Assembly (NCBI GenBank): GCA_000165425.1 | Contig: CT868680.1 | Location: 124,001 to 188,000 of the forward strand | DNA from: Paramecium tetraurelia | Lineage: Eukaryota | Length of the DNA stretch: 64,000 bases | Direction of reading: 5' to 3' | Position numbers and translations under genes: made by a program | Part shown: in pieces, positions 51,479 through 62,584 of the stretch | How positions within the stretch are numbered: position 1 is the first letter of the stretch | Layout of the letters: the number at the start of each line of letters is the position of its first letter | Notes under the pieces: generated by a model | What the model saw: only the letters and a program-made list of their open reading frames with translations | Told to the model about the DNA's origin: nothing | The model's database searches: none

Positions 51479-54066
51479 TCATTTAAACTTATTTTCATAC
51501 CATTTTCTAAGACTTTAGGATTATTATTTAGCAACATAATTAAAAGTGTATTTTTCAGATTTGTTATATTATATTGTGTTATTTAACTATTCAAGGCCTT
51601 TAATTACATTATGAATATTATTATACGGCATGTACTCTTAAAAGATTTTAATTTAATCTATGCTAATATGATGGAATTGAAACTTAGTCTCAAATTCTGA
51701 TAGCTTATCCTTGTTTTACTCTTTGTATAAGGATTCTTCAACTTAAATGAGAAATTTAGAAGGAGTAGTTTTTTTTTTTTCAAAATTTTCTCTGGATGCA
51801 AGAATTGAAATATGCCTATCCGAAGGAATCACTTCCTTATCTGAATTAACAGTATTTTAAATTGAAATCATCTAATGAGGTTTCTTAATTGATTTTTTCC
51901 GATAATTAATGCGACTGCTGTAATCAGGAGACTTATATCTTGATTATTCATCATCTGAATTGTTATTAAAATCTGATTAAAATTTATTGAGGGAATCTTG
52001 AATGGTCGCTAGCATTCTTCTAGTGTTTATTTTATCCCCCTTTCTGCGATAACTCGTTCTCTTTTATGGATTCTTATTGATATTTTCCTTCTTTATCAGT
52101 GCTTCTAGATCAGGTTGATAAGTGAGCAATGGACAATTGATATTGAGATGCGAGCTTCTATTACAATGATTACAATTGAGCAAAATGGAGTTATAATTTG
52201 AATACAAAAGAATTTTATCTTTGATATGATTGAATCTTTCCATATCCTTTTTTTCATCCTTTATCAATTTCAAAAAGTTGGATCTATGAATCTAAACTAC
52301 CTCACTTTGAGTTCTACTTAAAGCACATGTTTTTGTTGGAAACCCTGTAAAAAACTAATATTCCCCAAAAGTCTGTCCTTTCGTTACTGATTATATAACT
52401 TATTGGCTTTGTTCTTCACAAATATCAACAATTCCTTCTTTTACAAAATATCTCTAAATAATTATATATATTACAAGGATTAATCATCAATTTCATATTA
52501 ATGATAAATATATTCCTCTGGTGAAAACAACAATCGGTTCATTTTTTAGGTCAATGCCTGTTGAGTTATCTTAGAGAATTGATCTGAGAATATTTTAATA
52601 GATTTCATAACTTATTCTGAGATATTTTGGTTCAACTCAAATCTTAAGCCTTTAGGTAATTCAGAAATAGTTTTATTAATAAATTCAATCTATTCGTAAT
52701 TAATGTTAGTCATTTTTTGTTTTAAGTAATTACGTATTCTAAATTGTAATGAGAGATCTACTTAATTATGGTTCATATAATTATTTAATTGCAATATTGC
52801 CCGTCTAAATTTGGTATAGATTTAAATACTTACTTTTAATTCTTATTTTGTTCATAGAGATTCCTCAAAATAATTCCTATTGAATTCATTGAATAAGCGA
52901 ATAAAAAACTTGAAAGCAGCATCATTAAATTAACAAATAACATTTCTACTTAGTTCTCAGGAGTGATGTCTCCATACCCTACAGTCGTAAGGGTCATTGT
53001 TGCCCAATAGAATGATGTATTATATCTGATCCATACTGATTCATGTCTAATTTATCTTTAAATTAACCAAGTCAATTGATTCGCTTCACTAATTACACCT
53101 ACGTAATGAAAGAGACAAGCCATAAAATGAGCGAAATAATATATGGATAAAATTAGAGTCAATAGATCAGCAGCATTACTTAGAGTATGTTTTAAATAAA
53201 TGTTCTCCATTTTTGTGTTTGTTCTCTTTAATTTAATGAGTACTATAATGTTTTACATTATCAACAGTATTTATTTGGATGAGTTGAATTCATTAAGAAT
53301 GTTTGGATAAATACCAATCCATAGTATCAAAGAGACTGCTTCAAAAATGGCTTGATGATTGATGTATTACTACAGTATATGTTTTCGATCCACTATCACT
53401 TCCCCTTAATCTATATAGGCTCTATTTATGGCCAAAATATTATCAATTATCAAATGAGTTATTAATCCTATTATTATTTTTGGAAATGAGTATTCATCAA
53501 AAGAAAAGCTTAGAAGAAAGGGGCAAATCCATAAAGCCAACAAGCTTGCTAGCAATGTGAGTAAGTCCCAAAAATACAAAAAAGGACTTTACGGCAATAG
53601 AATTGCTGATTATAATTTAGTTTAGTCATATTCTATCTTGATACATCAAATAAATACTCTGTAAGAATCGAAATATCTGAGGTTGAATATACTTTTCTGA
53701 GGATAAAATTTTGTCTTTCAAAGCATTTGGAAGGATATATGAGTTCAAAAGCAAATTTTATTTGAATTTTTATATAAGTCTATTTTTTCTTACTAGTCTG
53801 GAGAATTGCACATTTTCATCTATTTTATGGTTTATCTTTTACTCTAACTTAGGTTAATTATTCTAGACTGGATTGATTATTCTTGTTAATCTTTATAACC
53901 TCCGTCTGCTTACTAAATAACGATTAGGTTGATTATTAGGACTTTCTATCGATCTCAAAGATTCTTATGATTCCAAATGCTGTTTCTAGTATTAAGTTAA
54001 ATCAGGGATTTGTGTAATTTAAGGGCCAAAGATTGGTTATTCTAAGTTAGCCTAATCCTTGATCAT
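51479..54066 (-). CDS. voltage-gated K+ channel with cyclic-nucleotide-binding-like domain (EAG/CNG-like ciliate family)
   Basis: Pore SFYWATMTLTTVGYGDITPENQVE; S1 PFLYFWDLL; C-linker LQFRIRNYL; CNBD LLFSPEEYIYHQ..GQTFGEYQFFTG. 5' exon structure approximate. Confidence 0.92.
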
Positions 54067-54239
54067 TATATAATTAATGTTATATATTTATTATTTAAAA
54101 TGGTTGTATAAAATATTAACTCAACCAATTCACATCATTCATAAACGACTTAATTTAGTTCCTATTTCATAATTCTTCCAAAATATGTATATTTATAATA
54201 ATATATTTAATAATTCCATTCAACTTTAACAATTTTAAA

Positions 54240-54422
54240 ATGGGCTGCTCTTTAAGAAAGTCTAAACCAAAACAAAGAGATGATATAGATTAAATAGAAC
54301 AATTGATATAATCAGATTGTCTAGGCATGGAATAAAATTACGCACTTATCAAGAATCCAATTGTAATGAGAAGGAATTGCAGTAAAGAGAAGCAGAAATT
54401 ATCAGATTCCAAACCTATATGA
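54240..54422 (+). CDS. 60-aa micro-protein with N-terminal MGC acylation motif
   Basis: 183-nt ORF MGCSLRKSKPKQRDDIDQIEQLIQSDCLGMEQNYALIKNPIVMRRNCSKEKQKLSDSKPI*, AAAATG start context, flanked by AT-rich spacers. Confidence 0.65.
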
Positions 54423-55767
54423 TTATTTATTTTATATACTTATCTTTCTGATTATTATAATACTATTGCAACTCATTCAAAATGAATGGCTCTGATGTCT
54501 AAATTCAAGTCATCTTTTCTGAGAATCTTCGACAACATATTCTTACTTTTAAAACATTTTCCTTCACTCTTGTATATTGATTCAAATATTGAATTATCCT
54601 AACTGGACTTTCTATACTTATTTTACTAATCAACATTTTTTAATTTAAAATGCTTATCTAATTTTGATCCTATCTGAACGCTTGTAGTTAATTCTATAAA
54701 GCCTTGAAAGATATAACGTTTAAATAACTAGATTGAATATAGAATGAAGTCAGAAATCTATATCAATAAATTTAAGTTGACTTTTACTGATGTTATACTA
54801 TCTTCTGAAATAAATTTCTTTTACTAATATCAATATTAAAAATCATTAATATATTTCTTAATCATTAAACAATTATTTTCTGTTGAATAAGGGTATGCTT
54901 AATAATATGTATTATAATTAAAATAATAAGTAGAAAAGTAATAAGACTCAAATTTAACATAGGATGTCTTATGTATATTTATTCAGTTCTGCAGGCTGGC
55001 TATAAATTTTAAGATATAATATTCATAAATGGGGAGCAACTTTTACTTATTCATCTATAATTTCTATTGAAAAAAAACTTGCACCATTAGGAAATTATTT
55101 AGATTTATGATGATCTTGATCCAAAATGGTATAAAGCTAAGTTGCCATTTTTATAGGAGAATATAGATCAAAACATCCCTCTTGGATTCTAAATTATTAT
55201 TTTATAAATTAACTAAGCAGACTTATGTAGATCTAATTGAGTCATATAATGAAAAACCATAAATAATGACAATCATAATTGAGTAAGCGCAATTCTTATT
55301 CAAAATATATTTTAATAGATTTATTAATTTGTCACTTATTTTTTTCAGATGTAATAATTAATCATTAAATTTTGTTAAAAGACATAGCTAAAATATCATA
55401 GTATTTATAACAAAAACATAGAGTTTTAATTTTTAAATTAAGAATTTTGGAAGATCAATAATGTGATTAGCAAGATTTCAATAATAAGTATAGGAATTAA
55501 ATAACTTGAGACAATTCTGTTAGGTTTTTTATTCTAAAAAATGAATACAATTATTTTTTAAATTATTGATTTAATATAATAATAAGTCTATGTCAAAATG
55601 GAGAATAGTTAATATGATGAAAAATGTTATTTTTGCAAAACAAAAATATGAGAAATTAGTATTAACTACTTTAGAGAACATACTAGAGTATAATGAGTTC
55701 ATAGTATTTATGCAAATATAATCTTTTATAAAATTTATAGTATATTAAATAATACGAAATTAAAGTA

Positions 55768-57074
55768 TCAATCAATTAAATATAATATTTAATTGATCTG
55801 AACCAATATTTAATTCAAAAAGCCCATTCTGCTTTTGTTCTTCTTCTGAGTTTCTTGTTTTCTTTTAATGAAGCTATGCTGATAGAAATCAGTAAGCTTA
55901 ATTAAATCATATATGTAATATCCTATCAATGATTTGTAGAGCAGCAAGAAATCTGAATGCTAAGGGTTCCATAGATCGCACTATCCCCAAGGATACTGTC
56001 TGCCTTAAATCTTCTTGCCTTAATCATTGTAATATTCATAAGTAGAAGCAATAATCATGAAGGGAGAACACTATCCAAATTCTCCTTGCTTGAGTTATTG
56101 TTTAAATTATTCATCATTAATTTTGAGACAATCATAGATATCAATTTTGAATTCTTTAAAGGTCTTATTGTATCTTAGTTTTAATTCAAGAACTTCTGAT
56201 TTTGTATATTAATCTCCTCTGGCCAGGATTGGAATAACATTTACTAAGTTGGATAACTTTTGTAAATATAGAATATCCTCATTAAAGTATGCAGGTCCAC
56301 TGAGAAAGTAAAGACATAAGTGAATCTATGGAATAATTAAAAAGTGCTTACTCGTTCGTCATTTACTAGCTTAGACATCTGAGAATAGAGGGTTTTATTT
56401 AGGTAGGCATACTTGTTCCTTCGAATTTAGGTTTTAAACTAGGATATGGGATATTGGATACCTTCTAATCGATAAAATGTCTGAGTTCCTTAAACCATTC
56501 TTTTTAGTCATTTTTTTAAAAACCTTTTGTGTCGAAGATATTTAAATAAACAATTTGGTTTTCGTATTCAATCACTCCCATAGATTCTTGGACTTAATTA
56601 GTTTAGGAAGAGTTTCCCTGATATTGTCTCGCTATAGGTTTCTATATAATGAATATTTTTGGAATTTACTTTATTTAGTAAAGCATCAACGAAAGTGGTT
56701 TTTCCACTTCCGGACTGCCCTGCAATTAATAGGTTTAATGTGACTTAACTCTTTTACGACCCACACGCAAGAGATAATTGGTTTTTGTCAATGTGTGATT
56801 AAGTATATGAGCTTAAAAGTAATGGATCTGAAAACTCTTTACTTTCAATTTTTGCACTTGGAATCCTTATTTCTTCTTATGAAGAGATAGGAAAAATGGA
56901 TTTCCTTCAAGATTATTTCAAAAGTTACGTAGTATGACTGTTATCAAAGTCAATTTTTTTACAATGGCTTTGGGTAAATAAGAAACGTTATTACATCCAT
57001 TTACATTAGAGATTTTCATCCTTTGTAATAGACTATTAGGGAATAGGTGATGGACTTGAGAATAGATCAATCAT
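55768..57074 (-). CDS. septin-family GTPase
   Basis: LNLLIAGQSGSGKTTFVDAL (G1), LNIFDTKGF (G3), DERIHLCLYFL, LSNLVNVIPILARGD (G4), and septin-unique element GRQYPWG.C...NPQHSDF..L. Confidence 0.9.
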
Positions 57075-57381
57075 TTTTATTGTGTTTTATTTTATTTTCA
57101 AAATAACAATCACATTACAAAAATAACATAAATGGTTGAAAAATTGATGATAATAAATTCGGTTTTTTTCAAGATAATACATACTAAAAATAGTGATAAC
57201 CAAGAATAAATAGAAATGGAGCTTGTAAAATAATAGAAAACAAAATAATCCAGATATTATATATCAAGAATAATAAGTAAATAAATGAATAATTAATATT
57301 TATTATTAATGTTGTAATTGATAAGAAAATTAAGAAAATTAGAAATTAAAATTTAAATTAAATTTCTAATTGCATAATTAA

Positions 57382-59128
57382 TCAATAATTTTTACTTCGT
57401 TTCTTTGTGGGTTATGATTTATCAATAGATTGTTTCCTACCTCTGGTCTTTTATTTATCATTATTTTCTGTTGTTTTTACATCAACCTCAGAATCAATTC
57501 TCTCAACTTTCTTTTTCTTCATTTTATCAGTTCCATGCAGCATTGAATTTAACTTGTGCTATCCTCTGTATTTCAATTACGCTGGCTTAAGTTCCTGTTG
57601 AATTGAACACTTTGTTTTTCCAGTATAAGAACAACAGAACTCTTGGTTGCAATTTGTTGGTTATGCTTACAATAAGAAATAAAAGCAATGATATCTGTAT
57701 TTCATGGAAATATGTAGACCTTTATGATTGGACTTATCCAGAACACAATCTAAACATAAATATTGCTCATTGTCATGGTAAAAATATAAAAATATCTCAT
57801 GTTCGCATTTAGAACACAATTAAACCTATTTACAACACTCAACCAATGAAAATGATGGTGGGTCTATCAAATTTAACTTTCTATTTTCTTAATCAAAATA
57901 ATTTTGAAGTTCTAATTAAATTCTCTCGATTGCCATCTATGATAAAGACTTTTCGTGGATATATAAATCTAACATCAAATTCTTATATGGAATTACAGTT
58001 CTGTAATTAATTTCTTTATTTAAAGTGTGTCTTTCACTCATGGCTTCAAGAGTCACATCATCTAAAGCAACCTAATTCCATGCTGTATTGATAGTTTATC
58101 CAAAAGACTTGACCCAATGTAAACACCCAGCACCTAAGATTACAATATCCCCTTTCTTTTACAATGTGTATCTAAAAGGTATTGCATTTTTCAAAAAGAA
58201 TTCAGGTTCCTTAAACCACAAACCTTCATTTTTAAATATGTCTGTGTCATAAAGTTCTAAGACTTTTTATCTTAATTTTTACACATGCTCATTATCGACT
58301 GTGATCCAAACACAATCTGCAGGACCATGATTGATATTGATAGCATTAACACTAAGGTTTTCTTAATGACCCCCTGTCCATACTCCATCTGTTTTAATAT
58401 AAATTTAAGGTATATTTACACCATCTATTTCCTATCTTAAGTAGCTTAATCCATCATTATCACCTTGAGGTCTCAAACACTTTGGTAAGAACTGTTTTAA
58501 ATGGTTTATTTCCTTATCCCATCCTTGCATGTTAACGTTTACAGCAAATAATCTTTGTTCTGCTGAAAGTCTTTCCTTTTTGATAATTTTTGATGGATCA
58601 TCAAGGTAATCCACATAATCCATAATTTTCATTCCTTCCAACTGTTAATTTATTTTGCAAGGTTAAAATGAATCATATCCAGGCTATTATACTCTGATAT
58701 CAATGGATTAGTTGCCATGATTCTATTTGAGAGCTTCAAAATTAAAAAACACATTTATCATTTATAATGCTTTTGGATCTATTGTGAGAATACTTATTTG
58801 ATGTTTTAACCAAGATAACGACTTCTGTTCATATATTTTTAGCATTTCATTATAATTATAATAATATGGTTTTCCTATGCAAGAACCATCAACCATTGAT
58901 TTGTATTCATATGCAATTACTTTGCTTTGATAGAAACTTACCCAATCGTCCTCTTTCAAATACTCAGGCAACTCCCTTTGACAAAATACCTCAATGTAAA
59001 CTTATATAAAATACTTTAACGAACCCTCCATCCTTCATAACTTGATCATAGACTTATTGCCCATTAGCATTGAGTAAGTTTCGCTCTTGCAAAGAAAGCG
59101 GCAAATTATCCAATAAATATTTTTGCAT
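57382..59128 (-). CDS. JmjC histone demethylase, KDM6 (UTX/JMJD3)-like; start may lie further upstream
   Basis: DGLSYLRQEIDGVNIPQIYIK..VWTGGHQENLSVNAININHGPADCVW, GLWF, QRKGDIVILGAGCLHWVKS.G.TINTAWN, followed by ERH..NK..TVIP and C-terminal CSKCEHEIF..LCLDC zinc module as in KDM6. Confidence 0.88.
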
Positions 59129-60081
59129 TCTAAAATTTATCCTACTAAAATTATTAAATTTAATAATTAATCTCAACTTCTGAGAACCAATAAATTACAG
59201 ATTAATCTCTTCCTTCTAATAATTAACTCATCTTATCTGGTGAGTTTAAAAATAATTAACATGATTTTTTTTCTAAAATTTTATATTACTATATGATTTA
59301 TTTGAATTATTATATCAACTTTGAAGAACTGCAAACAAACATAAATGCTTTCTTTTACAATCATTAATTCAAACTTAAATAAAATTTTCATTTATTCCTC
59401 AGTATTAAGGAACTTATTGTAAATATTAGAAAATTCCAATTGAATAAACAAGTTTATGGATAACCTTAATATACAGATTACAAATTGTATATTACCATTA
59501 CATATCCTGAGAACGTTAAATAATTAAATATGCCGCATCATTTTAATCACAATTGAATAGATCATGACAATGCAATATTCTGAAAATAGATTGTTCTAAT
59601 GTTATAATTCTTAAATCTTAAATAAATATATTAAATTAATTTTTTTGTTTAATTTTTTTTAATATAGAGTATGCAGTGAAGTAATAATTAATAATTTCTA
59701 TTTTTAGATATAAAAGTTAACTTATTATTCACGCCTAACTTAAATGATTTAAAATTCGCTGATTCTAATTGCCTTGATTTTTGATCTATAGGATGACTTC
59801 ATTTACATAATTTAATCTTTATCAAGATGATGGGAGCCTTGGTAAATAAATAAAAAGTGTTGAAATCCTATCACTAATTCTGAAATTTAGTTTTATTATA
59901 AATTACAATTGAATTAAATCTTAATTCTATTTGTAATCAATTTCATAATGAAAGTTTAATTTTTAATCATACATTATAATTTATTGTTTATAGCAAATAC
60001 AATTTTTAAGTAATGAAAATTGGATAATACGAATTATATACATAAAGACAATATACATAAATACTATTCACAATGTAGAAG

Positions 60082-60495
60082 TCATGCTTGATAATCTGAA
60101 TTTAATCTAAATCTAACTTTCTTGATACCGCCCAATAATTTAAAAGTATAATCTGATATTTCTTCAAATTAATGTTTTACTGGTGAAAGACTCTTGGTTT
60201 GATTATCAGCAGATTCTTTTTCTTTTTTCTCATAAAAAGCTTCCATTGAGTTCAGTGACCTGACATATGCTTCTTTACTAATCAATGTGCTAGTGTGCAA
60301 TAAGGTTTTGGTCCATTCTTTAGTGGTTGCCAAAGAACCAACCTAACTCAGCTCTTTCCGAGCGATATGAGATTGGTTTTTTAATTTGACATCATCTTTG
60401 CTTTTTGGAGTCCAAATAAGAAGTTCCTCATATTTAATACACAAAGCATCGTTTTCTTCCTGATCCTCGATTATATTACTAATTGAAGAATCCAT
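60082..60495 (-). CDS. hypothetical protein (137 aa) with KKVRF (PP1-docking RVxF-like) motif near C-terminus
   Basis: 414-nt ORF MDSSISNIIEDQEEND...LLGGIKKVRFRLNSDYQA*; may extend upstream. Confidence 0.55.
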
Positions 60496-60837
60496 TTATT
60501 GATATGTATGAATTCTGTTTTTTTAAGTGAAAATTATTATTAAAGTGGAGAGAAAACTTAAAATCTATTAATAATTTCAAAGAGTTACTTCACCAATTAG
60601 ACGGGGTGCTCTCCTTGAGGCAATGTCGAGATAAGGACATAGGATTTTATTATTAAAACTCAATTTGGTTCTTTGTGAGTTGAATTGTGCGATATTGCGT
60701 AATCATTGCTGAATGATATGAATCAAGGTGGAAATTAAAATAATTATAATGAATTATGCGCATTGCATATGATTTTACTAGTTCTATATTTATTTTTCTA
60801 CATATACCATAATAAAATATTTAAAGCATTAATATCT

Positions 60838-61871
60838 ATGAAAAATTTATACATTGTCGCATTGTTGAGTATTTCACTTCTTTCATTATAATTGTACAAT
60901 TCTGAACAATAGACAGATGAATACTCCAAATGGAAATAACACCATCAAAAATTATACTAAGGAGTTGAGGACACCTACAGAAAATAAATATTCCACCAGA
61001 ATTTATAAATTGTCAATGACCACAATGCCAGATATAATCAAGGATTAGAAAACTTCGAAATTGAAGCCAACTAATTTGCTGACTTAACTTTTGATGAATT
61101 CTCATCTCTTTATTTATATTCGTCATATCCAGATTAGGAATATATAAACAACTCATTTGAGAAAACAACCAAGAAATAGAAAAAAACAATTAAGGCCGAT
61201 TTACCCGATCATTATGATTGGTCAACAACTATATAGGGTTATTCTTAACCATACGATCAATAGAAATGTCTAGGATCTTGGGCCTTTGCTGTGGCTGGCT
61301 CTATTGAAGGCGCCAGGTATCTTGGAGGGTATGAATAAATCTCACCTCAATATTTGATAAATTGTGTTTATTAAGTTAACCCTTGTTTAGAAGGAGGAGT
61401 AAAAAGTACTTGGGATTGGGTCACTAATAATGAAAATTATATAGATTTATATACATCTGTTCCTTATACTGGAACAAAAGCAGCTTGTGTAGAATCTAAG
61501 GACAATATCTAGTTGTTAAATGGTTATGAGATGATCAATCAAGATTCATTTGTTGAAGACTCAGATTATTATTAAGCATTATCAGAAAATATAGTTGTGT
61601 AAATTATATCATTATCATAAGCTCACCAGTTTCAGTTTCAAGCATTTATTTCTAATTATATAAGCAAGGTGTTTATGACAAACCTTGCGGAGACAGTTTG
61701 AATTATGATGCCTTAGTTGTAGGATATGATGCCAGAACAGATTAAGGCTACCCAGCATATTATAAATTAAAGATGTCTTGGAGTTCTGCTTTTGGAGAAT
61801 AAGGATATATTAAAATCGCCATGGCAAACAAATGTATCTATGCTAAATAATCATTTGCAAACAGAGTTTGA
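60838..61871 (+). CDS. papain-family (C1A, cathepsin L-like) protein with signal peptide and I29 propeptide; catalytic triad absent
   Basis: Signal MKNLYIVALLSISLLSL; propeptide YRKQIFHQNLQIVNDHN..ANQFADLTFDEF; mature LPDHYDW, DQQKCLGSWAFA, SPQYLINC, CLEGG, PYTG, FQLYKQGVY..PC..LNYDALVVGYD, YYKLKMSWSSAFGEQGYIKI. Confidence 0.9.
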
Positions 61872-62584
61872 GATTATACATCAATAGCAATTTCCATAAT
61901 TCATAAATACATATATTAATGAAAATAAGAAATTCTAATTCTCATAAATTTTTAATTATATATTATATGTGCTTCAGAAGAAATTATGAATTAATTATCT
62001 TACAAACTAAAAACTAAAAATAATCCTTTTTTTCAAATTCCTCATATAATTTAGCAACTTTATTTATTAAAGTAACATATTTTAATTATTAAAATTTCTT
62101 ATTAAAATGGTGAAATCAATTTTTTCAAATATACAATTTTGTAATACAAATAGCCCTTTTTGTGAAAAATTTTGATTTGATTTAGTGGTATAATGAATAT
62201 AAAATATAAATTGAAATCAAAAATACTACTATTTAATTTAATTAACTCGAAGGAGAATTAAGGATTGTTGGTGATAGTAATCTTTTGAGAAAACATGATA
62301 CTCATATTTTGCTTGTATGTATCTCTTAAATATTCCATAATAATCTAAAAGTTATTCTTGTAAACTTAATGTTGAAATCAGGAATTATAAGTTCATTCAT
62401 TCATTTTATCTTATATTAAAATTGAATTATCTTTATTTGATTTATTGTAAACAAAATCGATGACCCATGATATTATGATTTATCAATCACTCAGAATGTG
62501 AGTGTAAATTGCACAATGTAATATTAATAAATATTGTCTAATTTTTTATTCATATTTATATTGTCATCATAATCTCAATTATAT

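Noticed and set aside
54470..55300. Short coding-like stretches (- strand ~54474-54850; + strand IYDDLDPKWYKAKLPF near 55105)
   Set aside because: No consistent start, splice and stop model and no recognisable family.
59827..59883. Possible C/D box snoRNA (ATGATGG...TCACTAATT-CTGA, 9-nt match to LSU rRNA AAUUAGUGA)
   Set aside because: Imperfect C box, no terminal stem, and a short AT-rich guide expected by chance; would need snoScan/Infernal and small-RNA data.
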